Notes: generated by a model from the sequence alone, not told the origin. A stretch of DNA of 64,000 nucleotides from Polyangiales bacterium (GCA_964202905.1 CAXNJO010000015.1:1-64000), one strand, 5' to 3'; positions 1-9,332 are shown, counted from the first letter of the stretch. Translations and numbers: made by a program.

Positions 1-349
1 TACCCTGCTTCTCCGTTATCTTCTGACGGTCCTTCCGACCGAAGAACAGCCGCTCGTCCACGACGTCGTCGCCGCGTTGCCCGATCCCGAAGAGGAGGAC
101 TCCATGAAGAAGAGAAAGATCAAGACCATCGCCGATGCCCTCCGCGAAGAAGGCGCCGCCGAGGCCCGCGCGGAGATGGAGGTCAGCGTGCGTGCGACCA
201 CGGTCGGCAAACAGCTGCGCCTGAAGTTCGGCCCGCTGCCCGAGGCCGTGGCCGAACGTCTCGCGCGCGCCACCGCGGCTGAGCTCGACGGCATCGCCGA
301 GCGCCTGCTCTTCGCGGATTCGCTCGACGCGGCGCTCGACGCGCGCTGA
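1..349 (+). CDS. Rpn-family (recombination-promoting nuclease/putative transposase, YhgA-like) protein, 3' part only; copy 1
   Basis: Near-identical to the C-terminus of 3924..4898 (LLLRYLLTVLP...KTIADALREEG...QLRLKFGPLP, DUF4351-like tail); the 5' end lies outside the window. Confidence 0.8.
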   Translation, partial: TLLLRYLLTVLPTEEQPLVHDVVAALPDPEEEDSMKKRKIKTIADALREEGAAEARAEMEVSVRATTVGKQLRLKFGPLPEAVAERLARATAAELDGIAERLLFADSLDAALDAR

Positions 350-412
350 GCGGCGGCACGGCTCGCGCCCGTCCCACCCGTGGGCGGCTCGCCCCCTGAG
401 CGATGGTTGGCA

Positions 413-775
413 TCAGCGCGCCGCAAACCGCGTGCGGCGCACCATGCATAAAAACTTGGCGCCGGGCACCGCCTCGAGCTCGCAGCGGCGCTTGAGCAGC
501 TCGAACACCTCGGCCGCGCGCGCCCCGAGATCCGTCGGAGAGAGAACGACGACGCGGCCGCAGTGCACCTCGAAATACACGTGGCGGTGCGCCGCCTGCG
601 CGACCTCGGTGATGTCGTCCCACCGCACGAGCACCACCGCGCCGCGCTCCACGATCACGAGGCCGTTCTCGCAGAAGGCGAGCGGCGCCGACGCGATGCG
701 CCGACGCAGCCGCGGCCCGAGCACGAGAATCGCCGCGAGCAGCAGCCCGCCGCCCACGGACACGAACCACGCCTC
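413..775 (-). pseudogene. 5'-truncated copy of the small membrane protein at 4962..5439
   Basis: Same protein from EAWFVSVGGGLLLAAILVLG onward; the upstream part is replaced by the FGE-domain gene end at 816. Confidence 0.6.
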
Positions 776-815
776 AAAATTCAGGTTGGACGCAGGCGTG
801 AACGGATGAGCCCAG

Positions 816-1997
816 TCACCGCTCGACGACGCAGCGAAACCCCATGCTCGGCAAGGAACGCGACGGGGAGGAGGTCACGTCGAACGTGAAGACGCCGGCC
901 GCCGTCCCGGTGGCCCAGGCTCCGCCACGGAGCGCCCCCGCGGGTGTTCCTTGTGAGCGAGTCAAGCTGGACTGATAAGCGTACGACGTGACGCCAAGCG
1001 TCGCGTCCATGGCGTAGTCCGCTGGCCACGCGGTGACAGTCAAGAAGTCCGTGGCGCCGTTCGCACTGGCATACCACTCACTCGTCCGCTCCCACACGTT
1101 GCCGATCATGTCCTGCGCTCCCGATGCGCTCTCGCAGGACGCGCCCGACCCCGTGACGCGCGCACCTGTTGTCGAGACGTTGCAGCCGGCCCCATCCGGC
1201 GTTGCTCGAGCTGCGGCAAGCCACTCTTCCCCGGTGGGTAGACGCTTGCCGCTCGCTCGGCATGCAGCCGCCGCCTGAAACCATGTGATGTTCACGCTCG
1301 GCAACACGCCGGCCACGCTCGCGGCGTAGGCAGTGGGTGCGACGCCCGCCCACTGGCCGTTGTCCGGGAACGTGGCGGGATAGTCGTCGGCGGAGGCGCC
1401 GTAGCGTGTTCCCGTACCATCGACACCCGACCACACGCTGGCCTCGTAGCGGTCGATCCAGAAGGCGCTCGAGCCGTCGCCGACTCGGACCACCACGTCG
1501 CCGTTGCGCGTGCAGCCATGGCGTGGCGCACTCACGCTCGGATCGACGTCGTAGCCCGTCGGGCAAAGACCCGTGCCGAGCCGCTCCGCGTAGCGTGCGA
1601 AGGGCACTGGCTCGATTGGGCGTGCGGCGATGACCACGGTCGTCCCGACGGCCACGCTCACCGTGGACGCGGGATCGTCGAGCACACTGGCGGGGCAGTC
1701 CGTCGTCGGGATGGACACCTGGAACGCGCCTGTCGTCGCGTCAGGCAGAACGCCAGAGACGGGCACCATGCAGCTCAGCGTGCCGCGCTGGAAGGTGAAG
1801 GTCAGCGTCTGCGCGCCGGTCGTGCCGGTCAGTGTTCCAGAGAACGCGAACGCGCTCTCGACGGGACCACCGAGCAGCGCCTGCGCGTAGTGCGCGCCGA
1901 GCAGCACTGCCCCACAGACCACCGCTGCGGTCACAGCAGAGACGAGCATCGGGCGAGCGAGGGAGGACGACTTCGGAGAGACGTTTGCGATGGTCAT
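816..1997 (-). CDS. Secreted protein with C-terminal FGE-sulfatase (SUMF1) / C-type-lectin-fold domain
   Basis: Signal peptide ending AQA; motifs FWIDRYEAS, NITWFQAAAAC, GKRLPTGEEW, DMIGNVWE, LRGGAW, GFRC; start taken at ATG 1997, downstream of the upstream gene's stop. Confidence 0.85.
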   Translation of the reverse strand: MTIANVSPKSSSLARPMLVSAVTAAVVCGAVLLGAHYAQALLGGPVESAFAFSGTLTGTTGAQTLTFTFQRGTLSCMVPVSGVLPDATTGAFQVSIPTTDCPASVLDDPASTVSVAVGTTVVIAARPIEPVPFARYAERLGTGLCPTGYDVDPSVSAPRHGCTRNGDVVVRVGDGSSAFWIDRYEASVWSGVDGTGTRYGASADDYPATFPDNGQWAGVAPTAYAASVAGVLPSVNITWFQAAAACRASGKRLPTGEEWLAAARATPDGAGCNVSTTGARVTGSGASCESASGAQDMIGNVWERTSEWYASANGATDFLTVTAWPADYAMDATLGVTSYAYQSSLTRSQGTPAGALRGGAWATGTAAGVFTFDVTSSPSRSLPSMGFRCVVER

Positions 1998-2025
1998 GAT
2001 GGCTCTCGGTGGAGGGGGAGAATGG

Positions 2026-2751
2026 TCATTGGACGTGACCGCGGAGCGTGATGCCGCCCGCGCTCCCGCTGAGGTTTCCAGTCCAACTGAAGGCACCGCG
2101 TAGCGTCATGCCGCCACCGCTGCCCGAGGCGGCGCCCGACACGAAGTCGCCGGACAGCGTGATGCCTGGCACCCCGCCGTCGCGATCTGTCGAGCCATCG
2201 AGACCTGCATCACGTCCGCCGTCATCAGGCGGCCCGGCGTCCAGCAACCCGGCGTCCACGAAGCCCGCATCCGCCACCGGCATCAGCCGCGCATCGACGC
2301 ACGCGCCGGCCTTGCAGGTCTGGCCGTCACCGCACATGACGCTGCGACAGGCGTCTTCGAGCAAGAGGCGCACGCGCAGCGTCTGGCCCTCGACGTAGCC
2401 TCCGATCAGACGGGCCTGGCCGACGAAGGTGCCCGTCGACGTCTTCGCTGTCGCCGTCACCGAGTACGAGCGGCCCACGTCGCCGTCGAGCGGGGCGAGC
2501 GCGATGTCGAAGGGATACGCGGGGTGGTCGCCGCCCGGCGTGAGCTGGCGGTCGAGGCGCGACGCCGTCGGGTCCTCCGAGCGGCCGGCGCCGCCGCGCA
2601 CGAGCAGGTCAAGGCGGGGTGCGTCCATCTTCACGCCGGGCTCGGCGTCGATGGTCACGATGACCTGCGTCGCGTTCGCGGTGCAGCCGAAGAGCGCGAG
2701 GGCGAATCCCCACCACACGGCACCGAGAATCCGATTCTGAATTCCACGCAT
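2026..2751 (-). CDS. Putative lipoprotein (Ig-like domain, Cys-rich segment, DAG linker, Gly-rich beta-repeat tail)
   Basis: MRGIQNRILG...ALALFGC lipobox-like signal; the ATG overlaps the stop of the TPR gene; C-terminus has three G(I/M)TL(S/R)G units. Confidence 0.75.
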   Translation of the reverse strand: MRGIQNRILGAVWWGFALALFGCTANATQVIVTIDAEPGVKMDAPRLDLLVRGGAGRSEDPTASRLDRQLTPGGDHPAYPFDIALAPLDGDVGRSYSVTATAKTSTGTFVGQARLIGGYVEGQTLRVRLLLEDACRSVMCGDGQTCKAGACVDARLMPVADAGFVDAGLLDAGPPDDGGRDAGLDGSTDRDGGVPGITLSGDFVSGAASGSGGGMTLRGAFSWTGNLSGSAGGITLRGHVQ

Positions 2752-3389
2752 CAGCGCCCACCTCCGAGCGTGAACACCACGCCGCCGACATCGCCCGACT
2801 CGAGCTCCGGGTCGGCTGAGAGCGCGACGCCCGCGCCCACCGCGCCACCGACGACCACCGCGCCCACGATCGTCCAGAACCACCACGTCTCGTAGACGGC
2901 TGGCGACGCATCGCTCGGCGTCGCAGGCGCGCCGCCGGGGACGGCGGGCGCTGCGCTGCGCGTCGTATCGCGAGGCGCCTCGTCGTTCGCGGCGCGCGCC
3001 ACGTTCGCGGGGGAGACTGCTGCCTGCGCGCGGCGCGCCCGCGCGGCCCGCAGCGCGTCGAGGCGACTGTCGACCTCCTCGCGATTCGGCGCGCGCGGCA
3101 CCGCCGTGAGGTAGCGCTCGTAGGCCTCGACCGCCGCGTCGTCCTCGCGCAGGCGGTCCTGACACAGGGCAATGTTGAAGAGCAGCGCGGGACGCTGGCT
3201 CAACGTGTACGCACGCTGGAAGTACGCGAGCGCATCCGCGTAACGCCCCGCGGTAAACGCCACCTCGCCCGCCTCGAACACGTTGCGCGCCTCGGCCTCC
3301 GCCGCCTCGCGGCCCCCGCGCGCGTCCTGCGCGGAGGCGGATTGCGCGACGACCGCGACGACCGCGAGCGCAAGCATCGCGACGAGCAT
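2751..3389 (-). CDS. Tetratricopeptide-repeat protein with signal peptide and C-terminal transmembrane anchor
   Basis: TPR pattern FEAGEVAFTAGRYADALAYFQRAY...LLFNIALCQDRL; TM segment WWFWTIVGAVVVGGAVGAGVAL; start uncertain (ORF open to 3551). Confidence 0.8.
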   Translation of the reverse strand: MLVAMLALAVVAVVAQSASAQDARGGREAAEAEARNVFEAGEVAFTAGRYADALAYFQRAYTLSQRPALLFNIALCQDRLREDDAAVEAYERYLTAVPRAPNREEVDSRLDALRAARARRAQAAVSPANVARAANDEAPRDTTRSAAPAVPGGAPATPSDASPAVYETWWFWTIVGAVVVGGAVGAGVALSADPELESGDVGGVVFTLGGGR

Positions 3390-3923
3390 GCGAAACGCGG
3401 CCCGCGCAGACGCGGACGACGACGCGACACGATGGGTGAACCGGCGCGATGACGCGGGCGAACCGGGCTGCAAAGATGGAGAGACGCGCATGGGCTCAGG
3501 TCCTCGTTGCGAACGGCGGCCGAGTATCTCGCCCTCGTCCGGCATGGTCAACGCGCGAGATCAACGACGACGCCCAGCCGGAGCGTGGGAGGATTGCCCC
3601 GCTTCGTCGCGCCGCGCCACCACGCATGTTCGAGACGGGTCGCACGCCGCGTACCCCGAATCCATCCGCTCCGAACCTCCACGGGGCATCCCGATTCCGC
3701 CGGCGCCCCGCCAGCGGCGCCTGGCGATTCCGCCATTCACGCCGCCCAACCCCATGACTTTGCGACGCAAATCCCGGCACGCGCCCTGCTCTGCGAAACG
3801 GGCATGGCCGACGACGACGAGAGACGGCGCCGCGCGACTGGCACGCTGAATCCCACGCATCCCGAATCCCCATCTCGCGAGCGTGGGATTCGTCCGCGTC
3901 GCGCCCGCACACGGAAGCTCGTC

Positions 3924-4898
3924 GTGACACCGCACGACGCCTTCTTCCGCGCGATCTTCTCGCGGCCGGACTCCGCGCTCGGACTCCTCCGCACGATGCT
4001 CCCAGAATCCCTTGCTGCGGGCCTCGATCCGGCGTCGTTGCGCGTGATTTCCCCGACGCACGTCGACGATTCGCTGCGCGCCTCGCAATCGGATGTCGTC
4101 GTCGCGGCGCGGCTCTTCGGGCGCGAGGTGCAGTTCGTCGCGATTCTCGAACATCGCTCCTCGGTCGAGCACCGCATGGCGCTGCGCCTCCTGCGCTACA
4201 GCGGCGAGACGTGGGCGCGCGAGAGCCCGCGTCGCGGTGCGCTGCCCGACGTGATTCCGCTCGTCGTCTACGCGGGGAAGCGCCCGTGGACGGCGCCGCG
4301 CGACCTCGCCGGCCTGCTCGCGCCCACCGACGCGCCCGCGCTCGCCGCGCTGCGCCCGCGCTTCACCTATCTGCTCGCGGATCTCACGCAGATGTCCGCC
4401 GCCGATCTGCGCGCGCAGACGCTCGGCCAGCTCGGCGCGCTCGCCCTGCTCACGCTGCGCGCCGTGCAGCGCGATGGGCTGCGCAGCGCGCTCGCGGACC
4501 TCACGCCGCTGCTCGCGGTGTTCGGCCACCTGCACGACGGCCCCGCTGCGCTCACCCTGCTTCTCCGCTATCTTCTGACGGTCCTTCCGACCGAAGAACA
4601 GCCGCTCGTCCACGACGTCGTCGCCGCGTTGCCCGATCCCGAAGAGGAGGACTCCATGAAGAAGAAGATCAAGACCATCGCCGACGCCCTCCGCGAAGAA
4701 GGTGAAGCGCGCGCCCGCGCCGAGATGGAGGTCAGCGTGCGTGCGACCACGGTCGGCAAACAGCTGCGCCTGAAGTTCGGCCCGCTGCCCGACGCCGTGG
4801 CCGAACGTCTCGCGCGCGCCACCGCGGCCGAGCTCGACGGCATCGCCGAGCGCCTGCTCTTCGCGGATTCGCTCGACGCGGCGCTCGACGCGCGCTGA
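3924..4898 (+). CDS. Rpn-family recombination-promoting nuclease (Transposase_31 PD-(D/E)xK domain plus DUF4351-like tail); copy 2
   Basis: PHDAFFRAIFS, SDVVV, LEHRSS, MALRLLRY, LPDVIPLVVYAG..PW, TIADALREEG; start uncertain (GTG 3924 chosen). Confidence 0.9.
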   Translation: MTPHDAFFRAIFSRPDSALGLLRTMLPESLAAGLDPASLRVISPTHVDDSLRASQSDVVVAARLFGREVQFVAILEHRSSVEHRMALRLLRYSGETWARESPRRGALPDVIPLVVYAGKRPWTAPRDLAGLLAPTDAPALAALRPRFTYLLADLTQMSAADLRAQTLGQLGALALLTLRAVQRDGLRSALADLTPLLAVFGHLHDGPAALTLLLRYLLTVLPTEEQPLVHDVVAALPDPEEEDSMKKKIKTIADALREEGEARARAEMEVSVRATTVGKQLRLKFGPLPDAVAERLARATAAELDGIAERLLFADSLDAALDAR

Positions 4899-5324
4899 GC
4901 GGCGGCACGGCTCGCGCCCGTCCCACCCGTGGGCGGCTCGCCCCCTGAGCGATGGTTGGCATCAGCGCGCCGCAAAACGCGTGCGGCGCACCATGCGTGG
5001 GGGCTTGGCGCCGGGCACCGCCTCGAGCTCGCAGCGGCGCTTGAGCAGCTCGAACACCTCGGCCGCGCGCGCGCCGAGATCCGTCGGTGAGAGGACGACG
5101 ACGCGGCCGCAGTGCACCTCGAAATACACGTGGCGGTGCGTCGCCTGCGCGACCTCGGTGATGTCGTCCCACCGCACGAGCACCACCGCGCCGCGCTCCA
5201 CGATCACGAGGCCGTTCTCGCAGAAGGCGAGCGGCGCTGATGCGATGCGCCGCCGCAGCCGCGGCCCGAGCACGAGAATCGCCGCGAGCAGCAGCCCCCC
5301 GCCCACGGACACGAACCACGCCTC
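4553..5324. repeat. Direct repeat copy B
   Basis: Matches 1..775 at an offset of about 4550. Confidence 0.95.
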
Positions 5325-5439
5325 GGGATTCACGACCAGCGGGCGCGGCGACGAGCAGCGTGACGACGACGAGAAAGAGCACGCTCGGCTCCCGGCGCAG
5401 ATCGACGCGCACCGGCCCGGCTTCAGCGGGAAAATCCAT
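4962..5439 (-). CDS. Small two-TM membrane protein, hypothetical (apparent frameshift near 5345)
   Basis: MDFPAEAGPVRVDLRREPSVLFLVVVTLLVAA in one frame continues as PLVVNPEAWFVSVGGGLLLAAIL...LVRWDDITEV in another. Confidence 0.55.
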
Positions 5440-5520
5440 GCGCGCGATGGTGCATCAGGACGGCGCCAGCGGAAGCACGAAGGACGCGTCCCGCAACCTC
5501 GCGCATCGAAGCGCAGCGCC

Positions 5521-5871
5521 TCACTGCATGACGCGGCGCGCGAGCGCAGGAATCTTCGACAGCTCTGCCCACACGCGATGGTAGAGATGCGCGCGCGACG
5601 CGTCGTGCCGCGCGACCTCATCCTTGAAATTGTCGTAGTCGAGCGACTCGACCAGAGCCGCGAGCGCGGCCCCAAGCGCCTCGCGCGGCACCTGCGCGCG
5701 ACACGGGTAGTCGGTGCCGCCGCCGTGCACCGTCACGCCGAGAGCCGGCACCCGCGCCCGCAGCGCGTCGAGATCGGCCGCCGCCCGCGCCCGCACGGTG
5801 AGCAACCCCGCCGCGCGATCCCCGTGCTTGGCGACGATGGAATAGAACCCAAACGGAAGCAGCAACCACAT
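5521..5871 (-). CDS. Conserved hypothetical protein (116 aa)
   Basis: Protein-like 3' part of ORF 5521..6678: MWLLLPFGFYSIV...TDYPCRA...LDYDNFKDEV...LYHRVW. Confidence 0.7.
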   Translation of the reverse strand: MWLLLPFGFYSIVAKHGDRAAGLLTVRARAAADLDALRARVPALGVTVHGGGTDYPCRAQVPREALGAALAALVESLDYDNFKDEVARHDASRAHLYHRVWAELSKIPALARRVMQ

Positions 5872-6058
5872 GCGGTGAGAGACGCGCGGCGCGGGGCGGG
5901 ACTGACGGGGCGGACGCGGAGCCGACTCGCATCGGGCATGAACATCCCCTCCACGGCGCGCGACGCCTCGATCGCGTCCCGGCTGCATGCGCGACGCCAC
6001 GACGTCGCGGCACGTGCACCCCGACGAATTCAGGGGTACCAACGGCCGTCTCTGGCGC

Positions 6059-7663
6059 ATGTCCTCCGGGTCCACACAGCACGCTCCGTCCGAGCCGCGA
6101 CGCGCTTCGTCGTCGTGGCGCGGGATTGCCGTGGGGCTCGTGGGTTCCCTGCTCGTGCACGCGGGGCTCGTGGCGATGCTCGTGTCGTACGGGGCAGCAC
6201 CCGATCTGGGCTTCGAGTTCGAGCTGCCCGCGGAGGTGGAGTTCGGCGTGGCGGGCAGCGCCGCGCTCCCCGAGCCGGAGGCCGCGGCGCCCGTGCCCGC
6301 GGCCGCTGCGCCGGAGACGCCGCCGGAGGCCCCCGACGAGGCGGCTGGCGACGAAGCAGCCGCCGCGAGCGGGACGCAGGATGCGGGCGCGACCGAGGAC
6401 GCGGGGCGCTTGCGCGATGCGGGCGTGGACGCAGGCGCGGACGGCGATGCGGGCGCAGACGGCGATGCTGGCGCAGACGGCGATGCGGGCCTCGTCGCGG
6501 ATGGGGGCTTCGATGGGGATGCATTCGTGGTCGACGCGGGCGTCGACGACGCGGGCGCAGGCGATGGGGGCGCGCTCGTCGCGGCCGCGGACATCGACGC
6601 GGGCGCCGAGCGCGCAGACGGGGACGCCGGGCGCGCCCTCGCGAGCGCCGGCGATGGGGGCGCGGCTGCGGGCAGCACGACGGGGCCGGGGCTCGCGGCC
6701 TATGCGCCGCCGGGCGCGCAGCTCGCGCTGCGGCTCGATCTGGTGCGGATGCGGCAATCACCGCTCGGGCCGGACATCCGCGCGCTGCTCGCGGCGGTGC
6801 CCGACTGGCAGGCGCTGCTCGATGGCTCGGGCATCGAGCCGCTCGACGATCTCGAGCGGCTGCTCATCGCGTCGCCGAACCTGCAGCGCGCGCAGCTCGT
6901 GATGAGCGGGCGCTACCTCGGCGACACGGGCCGCGTGCGCGAGGCCGTCGCGCGCATGGCGGCGGCGCGCGGGGTGCCGGCGCGTTGGCGGCGCGAGCGC
7001 GGCGTCGAGGTCGCGCCGTGGCCCGACGCGGACGAGACGGAGCGCGTGATCGCGCTCGTCGGGCCGCAGTCGTTCACGATCACGCGGAGCGAGGATCTGC
7101 CGCGCGTGATCGCCGTCGCGCGGGAGCGGCGACGCGAGGCCGAGCGGCTGGCGCGCGAGACGGGCGCCCCCGTGCCCGACGACGCGGCGGCGCTGCTCTC
7201 GATGGTGGAGGGCGAGGTCGTGAGCCTCGAGATCGAGGGCGCGCGGGCCTTCGTGCGCGGCGCAGCGGACGCGGTCCCCGTGCGGGCGCGCGGGTCGGCG
7301 ACCGAGCTCGAGGGTGGTTTCGTCGCGATTCGCGCCGAGGGCTCGTTCGAAGACGACGCGCAGGCCGAGGCGGCGCAGGTGTTCTGGGACCACAGACGCT
7401 CGAGCTACGCGCTCAACCCCTTCGTCGCGCTCGTCGGGCTCTCGAGCGCGCTCGAGCGCGCGACGCTCCGCGCGGAGGGGGCGACGCTGTTCTTCGAGAC
7501 GCAGCTCGAGCCGCGTCAGGTCGCCTTCGCGCTGCGCTATCTGCGCGGGATGTTCGAGCGGCCGCGGCCGGGAGCCCGTCCGCCGTCGCCCGGGCCGGGG
7601 ATGCCGCCTGCGAATCCCTCGCCGAGATCGGCCCCGACCCCTCCCGCGCCGCGGAATCCCTGA
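6059..7663 (+). CDS. Membrane-anchored hypothetical protein with acidic DAG-repeat linker
   Basis: N-terminal TM (SLLVHAGLVAMLV), GADGDA repeats, globular C-terminal region, GC3-rich codons; start uncertain (5987 or 6059). Confidence 0.7.
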   Translation: MSSGSTQHAPSEPRRASSSWRGIAVGLVGSLLVHAGLVAMLVSYGAAPDLGFEFELPAEVEFGVAGSAALPEPEAAAPVPAAAAPETPPEAPDEAAGDEAAAASGTQDAGATEDAGRLRDAGVDAGADGDAGADGDAGADGDAGLVADGGFDGDAFVVDAGVDDAGAGDGGALVAAADIDAGAERADGDAGRALASAGDGGAAAGSTTGPGLAAYAPPGAQLALRLDLVRMRQSPLGPDIRALLAAVPDWQALLDGSGIEPLDDLERLLIASPNLQRAQLVMSGRYLGDTGRVREAVARMAAARGVPARWRRERGVEVAPWPDADETERVIALVGPQSFTITRSEDLPRVIAVARERRREAERLARETGAPVPDDAAALLSMVEGEVVSLEIEGARAFVRGAADAVPVRARGSATELEGGFVAIRAEGSFEDDAQAEAAQVFWDHRRSSYALNPFVALVGLSSALERATLRAEGATLFFETQLEPRQVAFALRYLRGMFERPRPGARPPSPGPGMPPANPSPRSAPTPPAPRNP

Positions 7664-7781
7664 GACAACATGGGATTCACGTCTTCGAACGACATGAACT
7701 CGACACGATACGCGCGTGGCGAGCAGAATGCGATTCACGCCTCGGAGAATCCATGTTTGAACTCCCCAGCTCGGTGAATTC

Positions 7782-8616
7782 GTGAACGACGTTCACGCTC
7801 TGATCGTCCTCGGCGTCGGGCAGGTCGGCGAGGCGGCCATCCGTCTCGCGCGGGAGGCCGACCCGACGCGGACGCTGCGCGCGACGACGCGCTCGGCAGC
7901 CCGCGCGGAGGCCCTCGCAGCGCTCGGCGCGCAGCCCATCGTGCTCGACGCGGAAGGCGAGGCCGACGCGGTGCGCGCGGCGATCGGACCGGGCGACGAC
8001 GTGCTCGTGACGTTCCCGCCCGACGGCGCGAGCGATGCGCGCTACGCGGCGGCAGCGCGCGATGCGCGGCGCATCGTCTACATCTCGACGACGGGTGTGT
8101 ACGGCCCCGTGAGCGGGCACGTCGACGACGACACGCCCGTCGATCCCGACGGCGCCACGCGCCGCGCCCCGCCTCGAGGCCGAGGCGCACTGGCGCGCGG
8201 CGGGCGCGGTCGTGCTGCGCGCGCCGGCCATCTACTCGGCGGGCTCGGGGCTGCATCGGCGCCTGCGCGCGGGGACGCACCGGCTCGTCGAGGACGGGAG
8301 CCGCTACGTGTCGCGCATCCACGCCGACGACCTCGCCGCGCTCGCGCTCGCCGCGCTCGAGCGGGCCGCGCCGCGGAGCACGTACGTCGTCGGCGATCAC
8401 GCGCCTGCGCCGCAGCGCGAGGTCGTCGCGTGGCTCTGCGAACGACTCGGGCTGCCGCTGCCGCCCGCCGTGGCCGTGGGCGAGGCGCCGCCGACGCTGC
8501 GGGGGAATCGCCAGGTCGATCCGCGCCGCGTGCTCGGCGAGCTCGGCGTGACGCTGCGCTACCCGACCTATCGCGAGGGCTACGAGGCCATCGTCCGCGC
8601 CGACGAGCAGGGTTAG
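7782..8616 (+). CDS. NAD(P)-dependent epimerase/extended SDR (YeeZ-like), frameshift near 8165
   Basis: VLGVGQVG Rossmann motif and YISTTGVYG, then SRIHADDLA and LRYPTYREG in the next frame. Confidence 0.85.
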
Positions 8617-8649
8617 AATCGCCGCGCCCCACCGCGAGAGGAGCCCACG

Positions 8650-8826
8650 ATGGCCGTGTGCAAGGTCTGCGAGAACGAGGTCGATGCGCTCGTGTCCGTG
8701 AAGGTCGGCGGCAAGAGCAAGAAGATGTGCGAGGACTGCGCCGATCGCGCCCGCGAAGAGGGCGAGGTGGCCGAGGCCGCCGAGGGCGTGATGCGCGGGA
8801 TGATGGAGTACAAGGACCGACGCTGA
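8650..8826 (+). CDS. Small CxxC...CxxC zinc-finger protein (58 aa; absent from the ORF track)
   Basis: GAGGAG RBS, then MAVCKVCENEVDALVSVKVGGKSKKMCEDCADRAREEGEVAEAAEGVMRGMMEYKDRR; typical codon use. Confidence 0.75.
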   Translation: MAVCKVCENEVDALVSVKVGGKSKKMCEDCADRAREEGEVAEAAEGVMRGMMEYKDRR

Positions 8827-8867
8827 GCGCGCCGCGCGGCAGGGCGCGCGCGACGGGGGACGGACGC

Positions 8868-8904
8868 GAGAACGCCCGCCTCGGGAGACCGGGGCGGGCG
8901 CTCT
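8868..8904. terminator. GC hairpin between convergent genes
   Basis: CGCCCGCCTCGG-GAGA-CCGGGGCGGGCG inverted repeat. Confidence 0.55.
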
Positions 8905-8930
8905 GTCACGAACGGGAGAGGAGGCGCGGT

Positions 8931-9332
<402 letters not shown>

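Larger units (their letters stand above)
1..775. repeat. Direct repeat copy A (Rpn 3' end plus membrane-protein gene 3' part)
   Basis: Aligns by eye with 4553..5324, with scattered substitutions and one 3-nt indel (MKKRKIK vs MKKKIK); similarity ends at about 775-783. Confidence 0.95.

Noticed and set aside
816..960. DGR variable region in the CLec/FGE gene
   Set aside because: No template repeat, reverse transcriptase or avd gene in the window; FGE domains are common without DGRs. A remote DGR cannot be excluded.
3924..4898. Insertion sequence (Rpn is often labelled transposase)
   Set aside because: No terminal inverted repeats or target duplication; Rpn proteins are PD-(D/E)xK nucleases, not shown to transpose.
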